In this document: positions 41,669-51,597 of the stretch, piece after piece | Layout of the letters: the number at the start of each line of letters is the position of its first letter | Numbering within the stretch: the stretch's first letter is position 1 | Assembly: GCA_963422375.2 (NCBI GenBank) | Contig: OY729428.2 | Coordinates: forward strand, 3,360,001-3,424,000 | Source of the DNA: Bryobacterales bacterium | Lineage (GTDB): Bacteria > Acidobacteriota > Terriglobia > Bryobacterales > UBA6623 | Length of the DNA: 64,000 nucleotides | Reading direction: 5' to 3' | Program-made: the position numbers and the translations under genes | Notes under the pieces: model-generated | What the model was told of the DNA's origin: nothing | Seen by the model: the letters and a program-made list of their open reading frames with translations, nothing else | Database searches by the model: none

Positions 41669-44600
41669 CTAGCGTGCCCCTCCAAGCGTCCGGTAGTACT
41701 CCGCGACCGCCTCCCGGTACGGCTCGGGCACAGTTTCCGCGACGATCGCCCGGACCTCTTCCTTGTCGTCCAGCTCGACCTGCCTGCGCAGCTTGACCTC
41801 GAGCTGCTCCAGCAGGGCCAGCATCTTGCGGTACTCCTGCTCCAGCAGGTCCGGGTTGCCGAGAAACCGACCGTCGCCCAGTTCCCGGGCGAAACGCCTC
41901 AACTCCGCGATGTCCTGCGGGCTGAAATCGTCGTGGGTGCGCAGGCCTCGGGCCAGTGCAGGCACTTCGGCGATGCCTTGCTCCAAGGCGCGCTCCATGC
42001 GCTCGCGCGCGATGGGATCGCTGGCTGCCGGGGCGATGACGCCGGGTCGGCGCCTGCCTGTCGGATCTCCCCAGTTGCGCCATCCGCCGGGCGTATCTCC
42101 ATTCCGCTGCCCACGGGCCAGACCTTGCCTCGGGCCTCCGCCCTGCCCCTCCGCCTGTCCGCCTTCCTGGCGCTCACCGGGCTGCCGGCCTCGCGCCGCT
42201 TGCTCCCCGGGGCGGTCGCCCTGCTCCGCCCCCTCGCCGGGGCGGGCCGCTTCTTCCATCGCCCGCCGGAGCTGCTCGACCTCGGAGAGGGCGCGGGCCA
42301 GCCCGCGCTCTTCGCCGCCGCCTTCGCGCCGGACCAGCTCGCCCGCCTCGCGGATGTTGTCCCGCAGGCGCCGCAGGGCCCTAGACACGGCTTCCTCGTT
42401 GCTGGCCGCGTACGGAGCGAGGCCCCGCCGAACGAGATCCTCGGCGTACTGGATCGCCGGGGACGCCTCCGACTGCTGGAGTTCCGTCAGAGCGTCGAGC
42501 AGGGCCCTAGACGCCTCGTCGTTGCGCTCGCGCAGGGCCCGCGCCTGCCGCTGCAGGCCCTTCTCGACCTCGGACAGCCGCTGCCCCATGTCGCGCTTGC
42601 GATCCGCCAAGTCAATCTCCTGCTCGCGCGTCATGCCCGTGGGCAAGGGCCCGTTCTGCCGCCCCCCCTGGGCCTTGAGCGCTTCCAGCGCCACCCGCAG
42701 CGACTGCTGCAGTTCGGCCGCCGCCGCTTCCTGCTCCTCCGCCAGTGCCGCGGACTCCCGCGCCAGCTCGCCAAGTTCCGCCTCGCTCTCCTGGCGGCGC
42801 TGCTGCGCGAGCGACTCCACCGCGCGCTGCAATTCGCGCTGCGCGGCTGCCGACGACGCCCGCGGGTCGCCGCCCTGGCTGCCCCGCTCCATCTCGCGAG
42901 CGGCGCGCTCGAGCTGCTCGATCGTCCGCTCGAGCTGCCGCTCGCGGCTGCCGGCGCCGCCGGAGGATCTCTGCCCCTGCGCGCCTTGGCTGCTCTGGTT
43001 CCCGGCCTGCTGCCGACCGCCCTGCCGGCGGCGCTGCAGCTGCTCCAGCTGGCGCTTCAGATCCTCCGCTTCCCGTCGCAGCATCTCCTGCTGCCAGCGC
43101 TGCTCGAAGCTCGCCTGAGAGCGGTCGCGGGATCGCTCAGCCAGTCGCTCCTGACGGCGGGCGAGCTCCTCGAGCTTCTTCATCGCCTCGTCGATCTCGC
43201 GTTCGACCTGCTGGCCGGAAGCGCCGCCGCCCGTCTCGTACTGGTTCTTCTCCAGATCCATCTCGAGCTCGAACATCTCGGCCAGGTCGCGCGAGGCCCC
43301 GCCCCCTCCTCCGCCGCCGCCCCGGCCCATCGAGATCTGGATGTCCGTGAAGAGATTCTCGGCCCGGAGGAGGAACTGCAGCGCCTGCTGCTCGGGCTTG
43401 ACGGCGTCTTCGAGGCGGTACTCGTGCAGCGCCTCGGCCGCCGGCTGCATGAACCCGGCGGCCTGCTCGAGATACTCGGCGAACTGGGCGAACTTGGGAT
43501 CCGCGCCGGTCAGCTGGCGCGCCCGCGTCCTCTGCACGAGCGTCTGCGCCTGCTGCATCAGCGTCCCTTGGAGGTCGGACAGCATCGACGCGCTCTCGCG
43601 CAGCTTGCTCTCCTCGCGCCCGTCGCCGGCCTTGCGCTCGTTGATGAGATTCCACGTCGCGAGGATGATCTCTTTCTGCCGACGAGAGATCTCGTCCTGC
43701 CGCTGGCCCTGGCCTCCCTGCCCCGGGGCCTGCTGCGACTGGGAGAACCGGCGCGCGTACGGCTGGACGTTAATGAAGTACATGTCGCTGCGAATCTCGC
43801 GCTTGGCGTCCTTCGCGACGACGTAGTAGCTGATCAGATCGCCCGGCAGCAGGCTCGCAGCCGGAGCCGGAGCCGGCAGGCCCGGCGCGCTCTCCGCGAC
43901 CGGAAGGGTCACGGCCTCGCGGGGACCGCCCAGGTCCTCCAGGTAGAAGACGTGCCGGCTCTCGGCCTCCCGGGCGCCGCGCCCGGACGGCAGGCGCACC
44001 GCGGTCTCGTCGCCTCCGTTGACCGAGTAGCGCAGCTCCAGGCCGCGCAGGCCGAAGTCGTCGGTCGCACTGACTGCAACAGGCACCTCCTCGATGCTGC
44101 TGGCGCGCCAGTCGCGACCCGGCTCGCGAATCTTGACCTCCGGCTTCTCGTCCGGGACGGCCGTGATGAAGTAGTCCTCGGTCAGCCGCACCCGCTCGCC
44201 GCGGTAGCTGGCCGCGACGTGGTAGGTGGAATCCTCGTCGACCTCGATCTCGGCCCGGTTGCCGCGCAGGCCGGCCTGCTGGCCACCGAGCACCAGCAGG
44301 CCGCCGTCCAGAGGCTTGTCGGTCGTCAGGATCACGGCTACCCGCGTGCCTCGCACCGCCATGATGTCGCCGCCCGGATCCTGCACCTCGCGCGCCAAGC
44401 CGCTCCATGCGGGATACTCGTACTCCAGCCGGATGTTCTCCACGGAGGGCATGGCGACGACCTCGACGGTGAACTCCCGGCTGCGCATGCGGCCGGCCTC
44501 GACGTAGTAGCGCAGCGGCTCGCGCACCATGGAAAAGGCGAACTCGTAGCCCGAACCGTCCAGCCGCGGGCCCATCGGCGCACGCTCCCAGTCCACGCTG

Positions 44601-45322
44601 CTCTCGAACTTGGCGAAGATCTCGGCGCCCCCCGGCTCGAAGCCGACCACCTCGGCCGTGACGTCCAGCCGGCCCCCCTTGCGAATCGTGGCGTCTCCCG
44701 GCTCGACTACCAGCTCGTACAGGGGGTCGGCCTGGTCCAGGAACCAGCCGGCCCAGAGCTTCTGGGTGCCGTAGCTCCAGTAGCCCGGACCCGAAGTGCC
44801 GAGCCACAGCAGCGCGAGCAGGCCGGCGAAGGCGGCTCCCGCGAAGGCGATCGTCGCCGCGCGGCTCACCACCGAATCGAGCGGGACTGCGGCGGCGGCC
44901 CGCTCGGTGTCGCGGGCCAGCAGCCCCAGCAAGGGGCTCGGAGCCCCGCCGCTGCGATCGGCCCGGGCGCGCTCGTCGGCCCAGGTCCTCAGCCGCCCGT
45001 CGAATTCCGGCGACCGCCGCTCGGCCTCGTCCGCGGCCCGCTGCAGGGCGGGCCTGCGCAGCAGGCGAAGCAGCGGCAGCACGAGCAGGCCGGCGGCTGC
45101 GGCCGCCAGCGTCGCGAACAGGAACGCCCGCGAGCCGAAGACGCTGGCAGGGGAGAATGCTGCGCGGTTGGCGAGGAACACGCAGACGGCCGTGGAGAGC
45201 AGCGCCGTCAGCGCCACCGCTCCGGCCCCGCGGGTCGCGACGGTAACCCGCAGCCGCCGGGCTATGGACCGAAGATACTCGTCGAGACTGCCGCCAGCCG
45301 GCGCCTGCTGACCGAATAGCAT
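41669..45322 (-). CDS. Large membrane-anchored DUF4175-like protein (TM + Ig-like + long coiled coil)
   Basis: 1217 aa; 3 TM, beta-rich region (P.WSGL, D..P.V, A.DDFGL), Gln/Gly-rich coiled coil, C-terminal VP..YR..V.EYYR.L. Confidence 0.8.
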   Translation of the reverse strand: MLFGQQAPAGGSLDEYLRSIARRLRVTVATRGAGAVALTALLSTAVCVFLANRAAFSPASVFGSRAFLFATLAAAAAGLLVLPLLRLLRRPALQRAADEAERRSPEFDGRLRTWADERARADRSGGAPSPLLGLLARDTERAAAAVPLDSVVSRAATIAFAGAAFAGLLALLWLGTSGPGYWSYGTQKLWAGWFLDQADPLYELVVEPGDATIRKGGRLDVTAEVVGFEPGGAEIFAKFESSVDWERAPMGPRLDGSGYEFAFSMVREPLRYYVEAGRMRSREFTVEVVAMPSVENIRLEYEYPAWSGLAREVQDPGGDIMAVRGTRVAVILTTDKPLDGGLLVLGGQQAGLRGNRAEIEVDEDSTYHVAASYRGERVRLTEDYFITAVPDEKPEVKIREPGRDWRASSIEEVPVAVSATDDFGLRGLELRYSVNGGDETAVRLPSGRGAREAESRHVFYLEDLGGPREAVTLPVAESAPGLPAPAPAASLLPGDLISYYVVAKDAKREIRSDMYFINVQPYARRFSQSQQAPGQGGQGQRQDEISRRQKEIILATWNLINERKAGDGREESKLRESASMLSDLQGTLMQQAQTLVQRTRARQLTGADPKFAQFAEYLEQAAGFMQPAAEALHEYRLEDAVKPEQQALQFLLRAENLFTDIQISMGRGGGGGGGGASRDLAEMFELEMDLEKNQYETGGGASGQQVEREIDEAMKKLEELARRQERLAERSRDRSQASFEQRWQQEMLRREAEDLKRQLEQLQRRRQGGRQQAGNQSSQGAQGQRSSGGAGSRERQLERTIEQLERAAREMERGSQGGDPRASSAAAQRELQRAVESLAQQRRQESEAELGELARESAALAEEQEAAAAELQQSLRVALEALKAQGGRQNGPLPTGMTREQEIDLADRKRDMGQRLSEVEKGLQRQARALRERNDEASRALLDALTELQQSEASPAIQYAEDLVRRGLAPYAASNEEAVSRALRRLRDNIREAGELVRREGGGEERGLARALSEVEQLRRAMEEAARPGEGAEQGDRPGEQAARGRQPGERQEGGQAEGQGGGPRQGLARGQRNGDTPGGWRNWGDPTGRRRPGVIAPAASDPIARERMERALEQGIAEVPALARGLRTHDDFSPQDIAELRRFARELGDGRFLGNPDLLEQEYRKMLALLEQLEVKLRRQVELDDKEEVRAIVAETVPEPYREAVAEYYRTLGGAR

Positions 45323-45325
45323 CGT

Positions 45326-47341
45326 CTAGTCCCCCCTCACGGCATTCAAGTGCCGGTTACCCACGAAAGATTCTAGCAGCGACGCCAGAACGAGCAGTCC
45401 CAGCACCAGCCGCCACATGCGCCAGGGAGGGGCGGTCGGAGGGGACATTCCGGCCGCGTCGACCTGCGGCGCCGCCGACTCGCCGGTGGACCGCCACAGT
45501 TCCAGCGTGTCCCTGTCGATCCGGCGCAGGTCCGACTCGCGGGAGTCCGGGTTCACCGCCAGCAGTTCCGCCAGGCTGCCGCCGCGGATCTCGTAAAATC
45601 CCACCGACTCGAGCGGCAGGGCGTCGCGGCTCACCGAATCGGAAAGGTTCAGGACCGATTGCCCGCCGGGGTCGACGACCTGCACCGACGCTCCGGCGGC
45701 CCGGCGCGGGCTGAGCTCGAGCACGTCGCCGAGAGTGGCCTCGCCGCGGGCGGACTCGGCGCCGGTGAGGTAGCGCGCCGCCTCGCTCACGAACGGCACG
45801 AAAACGGGCGTCAGCGGGAGGTCGTTCCAGACATTGTCCAAGGCCGACGCGAACACCAGCGCGCGGCCCCTGCCGATAGCCCGCTCGACCAGCAGCGGAT
45901 CTCCGTTGCCCAGCCGGAGCGGGACCTCGTCGCCCTCGAGGGGGCGGACGCGGGCGTGCAGGTAGAACTTGGCGGGGCGCAAGCCCTCGGCCGCGACCGT
46001 CACCGGATGCGAACCGTCGGCTTCCCCGGCAACTTGAAAAGGAGCCCCGCCGGCCTCCGAGGCCAGCGCCTGCTCCACCTCGTGGCCGGTCAGGGCGACC
46101 CGCCGGGCCAGCGCGCTGGCCGGCCCGAGCGCGACCAGCAGCGCCCCGCCGCCCTCGACCCACGCCTCCAGGCGCGACTCGAAGCCTGCCTCGAGGCGCG
46201 GCACGTCGGAGAGCACTACCAAGGCGAAGCGCTCGGGGTCCAGTCGCCCCGCCTCGCCGGGGGAAACGCTCTCGATGCGGTAGCTGGAGGAGGAGCTGGC
46301 CTCGATCGCCGCGCGGAAGTACAGCAGGTCGCGCTTGCGGCTGTCTTGCGATACGAACAGCAGCGGCCGCGGCTCGGTGTTGTCCAGCGCGACCCGGCGC
46401 GCGTCGTCAGCGGCAAGCTCGTCCGACGGTTCCAAGCGAAACTCCGCCCGGCTGAACCCGCGCGGCGCGTCCGTAATTTCGAACGCGAAGGCGGCCCGGC
46501 CCGCGGCCGGCACTTCCTGGCGCTGGCTGCCCGCGAGCCGGCCGTCGATCCACAGCGAGACGGTCCTGAAGGCGTCGTCCTCCGAGAAGCTGGCCACCGT
46601 CGCCTCGAGGCGCGGAGAGTCCGTGCCATGTATCCGGGTGCTGCCGGTTACCCCGTCGAGCGCCCAGTTGTCGGACCGTCCGGCGGAGACGTCGCGGACC
46701 GTCAGATCAGCCCCTGGCGGCAGGACCAGGTCTTGGAAGCGCGCCGGCATGGCGGACCGCTGCAGGTCGGAGATCAGATGCACCTCGACGGGCGCGGTCT
46801 CGCCGGCTGCCAGCGTGCGCACGGCCTCGATGACATCCCCGTAGCTGTTGCGGGCGTCGGTAGGGCGCAGCCCGGCCAGCGCCCGGCGCAGGGCCGCGGC
46901 GTCCCCGGTAGCCTCGGTGAGCACGCGGACGGACGGGCCGTTGGCGATGATCTGGGCGCGGTCGCCCTCGCCAAGGGAGCTCACGATGCCCTCGGCCTCG
47001 TCCAGCGCCGCCTCCCAGCGGTCGCCGTGCTGCATGCTCAGCGAGGTGTCGACCGCGACGAGGTGCAGCCTCGGAATGTCACCGGCGATCACCGCGGGCG
47101 GGCGCTCCCACACCGGCTTGGAGAAGGCCAGGGCGAGCAGCAGAAGCAAGGCGAGCCGCAGCGCCAGCAGGAGCAGGTAGCGCAGTCGGCGCTCCCGTAC
47201 CGTCGTCTCGGAGCGCTTGCGGAAGAACATCAGCGAGCTGAAGGGCACGCGGACCGGATTCTGGCGCCGCATCAAGTGCAGCCACAGCGGCAGCCCGACC
47301 GCCAGCCCGCCGGCGAGGAACCAAGGCATCAGCAGATCCAT
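45326..47341 (-). CDS. BatA-type N-terminal + vWA domain protein
   Basis: PLWLHL...FSSLMF, MIDAS DTSLSM, ISD.Q, C-terminal TM. Confidence 0.85.
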   Translation of the reverse strand: MDLLMPWFLAGGLAVGLPLWLHLMRRQNPVRVPFSSLMFFRKRSETTVRERRLRYLLLLALRLALLLLLALAFSKPVWERPPAVIAGDIPRLHLVAVDTSLSMQHGDRWEAALDEAEGIVSSLGEGDRAQIIANGPSVRVLTEATGDAAALRRALAGLRPTDARNSYGDVIEAVRTLAAGETAPVEVHLISDLQRSAMPARFQDLVLPPGADLTVRDVSAGRSDNWALDGVTGSTRIHGTDSPRLEATVASFSEDDAFRTVSLWIDGRLAGSQRQEVPAAGRAAFAFEITDAPRGFSRAEFRLEPSDELAADDARRVALDNTEPRPLLFVSQDSRKRDLLYFRAAIEASSSSSYRIESVSPGEAGRLDPERFALVVLSDVPRLEAGFESRLEAWVEGGGALLVALGPASALARRVALTGHEVEQALASEAGGAPFQVAGEADGSHPVTVAAEGLRPAKFYLHARVRPLEGDEVPLRLGNGDPLLVERAIGRGRALVFASALDNVWNDLPLTPVFVPFVSEAARYLTGAESARGEATLGDVLELSPRRAAGASVQVVDPGGQSVLNLSDSVSRDALPLESVGFYEIRGGSLAELLAVNPDSRESDLRRIDRDTLELWRSTGESAAPQVDAAGMSPPTAPPWRMWRLVLGLLVLASLLESFVGNRHLNAVRGD

Positions 47342-47345
47342 CGAG

Positions 47346-48236
47346 TCAGCGCCTCCTCTGCCGGAAGAGCAGGTACTCGCGCAGGGCCAAGTCCAAGGGC
47401 TTGGCGGTATTCAGCAGGACGTAGTCGGCTCCCTCCCCGGCCACCCGGTCGCGGAGGGCCTCGATGTGGGCGCGGATCATCCGCGGGTACTCGCGCCGGG
47501 CGTAGTCGGACGACACCTCCATCTCCTCCCCGGTTTCCATGTCCTCGATCAGGGCCGCGGCGCGGATGTCAGGGTCCAGCTCGGCCGGGTCGAGGACGTG
47601 AAAGAGCACCAAGTCCTGGCCCTGGTAGGTGAGCGCCCGCAGCGATCTGACGATCTCGCCGGGGTCGACGAAGAAGTCAGAGATCATCGCGACCAAGCCC
47701 CGGCGGCGGATCAGGCGGCGCAGCGCCTGCAGGGGCAGGTCGAGATCCGTGCCCGTGGAGGCCTCGGCCCGCTCGAGCGCGTGCAGGACGCTCTGGAGAT
47801 GCCGCGGCCGGAAGACCGCCGGCCGCACCTCGCGAATCTTCTCGTCGAACAGCACCAGCCCGACGGCGTCGTGCTGACGCGTGGAGAGGTAGGCCAGGGC
47901 GGCTGCCAGGAAGCGGGCGTACTCGAGCTTGGTCGCGCCGCCCGAGCCGTAGCCCATCGACGCGCTGGTATCGACCAGCAGCATCAGGTGGGTGTTCGTC
48001 TCACCGAGAAAGCGCTTGACGTAGACTCGGTCGGTGCGGGAGAGGACGTTCCAGTCGATGTAGCGCGGGTCGTCGCCTTCCGTGTAGGCCCGGTACTCGG
48101 CGAATTCCTGGCTGAAGCCGAACAGGGGCGAGCGATGCTCGCCGTGCAGGAAGCCGTCCACGACGGTCCGGGCGACGAGCTCGATGTTGGCGAGGCGCTG
48201 CAGGATCACGGGGTCGAGCAGCTGCTGGATGGCCAT
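47346..48236 (-). CDS. DUF58 domain protein
   Basis: G.HRSP..GFS.EFAEYR.Y..GDD.R.IDW, DTSASM, ISDF. Confidence 0.93.
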   Translation of the reverse strand: MAIQQLLDPVILQRLANIELVARTVVDGFLHGEHRSPLFGFSQEFAEYRAYTEGDDPRYIDWNVLSRTDRVYVKRFLGETNTHLMLLVDTSASMGYGSGGATKLEYARFLAAALAYLSTRQHDAVGLVLFDEKIREVRPAVFRPRHLQSVLHALERAEASTGTDLDLPLQALRRLIRRRGLVAMISDFFVDPGEIVRSLRALTYQGQDLVLFHVLDPAELDPDIRAAALIEDMETGEEMEVSSDYARREYPRMIRAHIEALRDRVAGEGADYVLLNTAKPLDLALREYLLFRQRRR

Positions 48237-48295
48237 CGGGTTCAGCCCCCTCGCCCGCCCGGCCCTTCCGGCCGCCCCGGCCCGCGCATGGCAGC

Positions 48296-49327
48296 CTAGC
48301 TCTCGGCCGGCGCGGGCTTCGCCTCAACCATCGCCTGCAGGATGTCGTCGACCGTCTTGCGGTCCGATTCCGCGTGGAAGTTCGTCAGGACGCGGTGCCG
48401 GAGAATCGGCAGGGCCAGCGCCTTGAGGTCGTCGACGCTGACGTGGTAGCGGCCGTCCAAGAGGGCCCTCGCCTTGGCGGCCAGAACGAGGAACTGGGTC
48501 GCTCGAACGCTGGCGCCGTAGTTCACGTACTTGCTGACGATCTCGGGGGCTTCCGGGTCGGTGGGCCGCGTCGATCGGATCAGCGACACCGCGTAGAGCG
48601 CTACGGGCTCGGAAACGGGCACCTGGCGCACGAGCCACTGGTACTTGAGGATATCCTCGGCCGTCGTCACCGGCGTGACCTCCGGCAGGGGCGTGCCCGC
48701 GGTGTTGCGCTCGACGACCTCCACCTCCTGCTCGGGAGAGAGGTAGTCGAGGACGACGTTGAAGAGGAACCGGTCGAGCTGCGCCTCCGGCAGGGGGTAG
48801 GTGCCCTCCAGTTCGATCGGGTTCTGCGTCGCGAGCACGAAGAAAGGCAGGGTCAGCCGATAGCTGGTGCCGCGCACCGTCACGGAGTGCTCCTGCATCG
48901 CTTCCAGCAGCGCCGCCTGGGTCTTGGGCGGCGTCCGGTTGACCTCGTCGGCCAGTAGCACGTTCGTGAAGAGCGGCCCTTGGACGAAGGTCCAGCTGCG
49001 GCGGCCCGTCGCGGAGTCCTCCTCGAGGATGTCGGTGCCCGTTATGTCGGTCGGCATCAGGTCGGGCGTGAACTGGATGCGCTTGAAGGTGAGGCCGAGC
49101 GAGGAGGCGAGCGTGCTGACGAGCAGGGTCTTGGCCGTGCCGGGCATGCCGGTGATGAGGCAGTGCCCGCCGACGAGCAGGGTGACCAGCAGGTTGTCGA
49201 TGACCTCGTCCTGCCCGACGATGATGAGGCCCACCTGCTCACGGATTCTGTCCATCGAAGCCGAGAACCGAGCGACGAGCCCCTCCATGTCAGCGGTCTT
49301 CAGGTCGGCGGCTGCAACGGCTTCCAT
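48296..49327 (-). CDS. MoxR-family AAA+ ATPase
   Basis: GMPGTAKT, RIQFTPDLMP.D, LADEVNRTPPKTQAALLE, ATQNPIE.EGTYPLPEAQLDRF. Confidence 0.96.
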   Translation of the reverse strand: MEAVAAADLKTADMEGLVARFSASMDRIREQVGLIIVGQDEVIDNLLVTLLVGGHCLITGMPGTAKTLLVSTLASSLGLTFKRIQFTPDLMPTDITGTDILEEDSATGRRSWTFVQGPLFTNVLLADEVNRTPPKTQAALLEAMQEHSVTVRGTSYRLTLPFFVLATQNPIELEGTYPLPEAQLDRFLFNVVLDYLSPEQEVEVVERNTAGTPLPEVTPVTTAEDILKYQWLVRQVPVSEPVALYAVSLIRSTRPTDPEAPEIVSKYVNYGASVRATQFLVLAAKARALLDGRYHVSVDDLKALALPILRHRVLTNFHAESDRKTVDDILQAMVEAKPAPAES

Positions 49328-49335
49328 CTGTGTTC

Positions 49336-51597
49336 CTATTTCTTGACCCGCATCAGGAGTTGCAGGGCGGGGCGGTAGGTAGGCGCGCTCTCGAGAGCCT
49401 GCAGGACGTGCAGGCGCGCCTTGGCAAGATCGCCTATCTTAACGTAGGCTCGCGCAAGGCTGTACTCGGCCTCGGCCCGGTCCAGCGGGTCCAGGGCCAG
49501 CGCGGCCTCGAACTCGCGCACCGCCAGATCCGTCCTGCCGGCCGCCAAATGGAGTTCGCCGAGACGGGCGTGCGTGCGCTCCTCCTGCGGCCAGACGTAG
49601 AGCAGCCCGTCGTAGGTGTAGGCCGCCTCGGCGCCCCGGCCGGCTTCCTCGAGCCAGCCCGCCAGCTTGCTCAGCGTTTCCGGCTGGCGGCCGCCGCGCC
49701 GCTCGTACTCCTGCAGCTCGGCGATCGCCGCCGCGCGGTCGCCTGACCCCTCGTGGGCCATGGCGAGCAGGGAGTAAGCGCAGCCGACCCCGACATGCTG
49801 CGGGTAGGCCCGCCTGGCAGCCTCCGCCGGCTCGAAGACCGCGTCCCATTCCTTGTCGCGGGCGGCTTCGAGAGCCGATTCCAGGCTCCGCCGCCAGGAC
49901 CGCGTCCCGTCCACGGCGGGTCCCAGGTCGTCGCGGATGTACGTGTCGAGCCCTTCATCGAACTGCTCGGGCGCGATGGCCAGAACCTCCTGGATGTTCG
50001 CGGCCGTCCCCGTCCCGGCGGCGAAGCCTTGGAGCAGCTCCACGAGCTTTCCCTCGCCCCAAGTCTCGGCGATGTACCGGCAGGCGTAACCGGCCTGCAT
50101 GTACGACACCGCGATCTGCTCGGGATAGCGCGGACGGATGAACCCCCTGTCGAGCTCGGCGACCGGCAGCAGGTCGCCCTTGCGCACGGCTTGGATGAAG
50201 TCCGGAGTCACCGGCTCGCCCCACCGCGGATCAGCCATCCACTCCTCGTACATGGAGATCCCTTCCGAGTACCAGCGCGGCACCAGGTTCGCCGTGGCTT
50301 GGAGCGTGAAGACGTGGGCCATCTCGTGCCAGAGCGTGGTCCCCCAGTGGAAGTCGCCCGGCGCGCGCCCGGAGGGGCTGTCCATCGCGACCACGTCACC
50401 GAAAGTCACGCCGAGGAGGCCCACGCCCGGCATGCCCATGGTGCGGACGGCGAAGTCCTCGTGGTTCGGGTACAGATCCACGCGCACAGGGCGGTCCAGC
50501 TCGAATTCGTACTTGCGCGAGAACTCCTCGATGGCACGCTCGACGAGGTCCAACACGTAGGGCCGCAGCAGCTCCGCCTCGTCCGTGTCCAGGCGGACGA
50601 TGGCGCGAGGCACCGCGCCGACCGCAGGAGCCGCGCTCGAGAAGGTCTCGAACCGGCTGTCCTGCATGTCGAGCAGGCGCAGCGTGTTGACGGTCTTGGC
50701 GCTGTAGGGGTCGCCCTCGTAGGCGGTCTCGAGGTGGCGCCTGGCCTCCGCGTCCCTGCCCTCGCGCAGGAGGTTGACGCCGAGTTCCGCGTGCGCCCGC
50801 CACAAGCGGGGATTGACGTCCAGCGCCCGGCGCAGCCTCTCGGTCGCCTCGCGGTAGCGCCGGTTGATCACGTAGAAGTGCGCCTGCTCGGCGTAGACCT
50901 CGCCGTAGCGCGGGTTGTACTCGAGGGTCTTGCGCACCCACTCGCTCTCGGGGTGGCCCTCGAGCATTTCGAGCGAGGCCAGCAGGGCGTAGGACTCGAG
51001 CGGCGCGACCTCCAGATCGAGCGACTCGCGCAAAGCGGCCTCCAGGGACTCGCGCGCCTGCTCGCGATCGCCTTCCTCGAGCGCCATGCGGGCCAGCAGC
51101 AAGTGGCCTTCGACCTGCCGGGGGCGCTCCTCCAAGGTCGCGCGGACCGCCTCGATCGCCTTGCCGTCGAAGCGCGTGGAAAGGACCCGCGCCATGCCGA
51201 GCCGGGCCGGCACGTGCTCGCCGTCGATCTCGAGCGCCTCCTCGAACAGGGCCGCGGCCTCCGCGTCCTGGTGCGAGTCGACATACAGGTGCCCCCAGCG
51301 GACCCGCAGATCGGGGTTTTCCGGATCCAGGCGCACGGCCTCGCGGAAGCCCTGGTTCGCCGCCTTGAGGTCGCCCAGCATCCAGTGGGCCTCGGCCCGC
51401 GCCTGCGGGTCTCCCGCCGAGAGGAGCTCCCGGTAGCACTGCCGCGCCTCCGCTAGGCGCCCCCGGTCATGCTCGATGTCGCAAGGCTCGAGCGGGGCGG
51501 GTCGGGCTCCCCGGTTGGAGCCGCGCTGGGCGCGGGCCCCGCCGGCCCACGCGATCATCAGAGCCGCCGCCAGGCAGATCGGGATCGCTCTCGTCAC
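49336..51597 (-). CDS. Secreted TPR protein with a gluzincin (peptidase MA-like) domain
   Basis: Signal peptide, many TPRs, HEMAH followed by PRWYSEG. Confidence 0.85.
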   Translation of the reverse strand: MTRAIPICLAAALMIAWAGGARAQRGSNRGARPAPLEPCDIEHDRGRLAEARQCYRELLSAGDPQARAEAHWMLGDLKAANQGFREAVRLDPENPDLRVRWGHLYVDSHQDAEAAALFEEALEIDGEHVPARLGMARVLSTRFDGKAIEAVRATLEERPRQVEGHLLLARMALEEGDREQARESLEAALRESLDLEVAPLESYALLASLEMLEGHPESEWVRKTLEYNPRYGEVYAEQAHFYVINRRYREATERLRRALDVNPRLWRAHAELGVNLLREGRDAEARRHLETAYEGDPYSAKTVNTLRLLDMQDSRFETFSSAAPAVGAVPRAIVRLDTDEAELLRPYVLDLVERAIEEFSRKYEFELDRPVRVDLYPNHEDFAVRTMGMPGVGLLGVTFGDVVAMDSPSGRAPGDFHWGTTLWHEMAHVFTLQATANLVPRWYSEGISMYEEWMADPRWGEPVTPDFIQAVRKGDLLPVAELDRGFIRPRYPEQIAVSYMQAGYACRYIAETWGEGKLVELLQGFAAGTGTAANIQEVLAIAPEQFDEGLDTYIRDDLGPAVDGTRSWRRSLESALEAARDKEWDAVFEPAEAARRAYPQHVGVGCAYSLLAMAHEGSGDRAAAIAELQEYERRGGRQPETLSKLAGWLEEAGRGAEAAYTYDGLLYVWPQEERTHARLGELHLAAGRTDLAVREFEAALALDPLDRAEAEYSLARAYVKIGDLAKARLHVLQALESAPTYRPALQLLMRVKK

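Noticed and set aside
41933..45319. 1128-aa plus-strand ORF (also 52787..55675, 45659..47632, 49753..51456, 58202..59980)
   Set aside because: Antisense shadows of well-supported minus-strand genes, expected at very high GC3; no recognisable motifs
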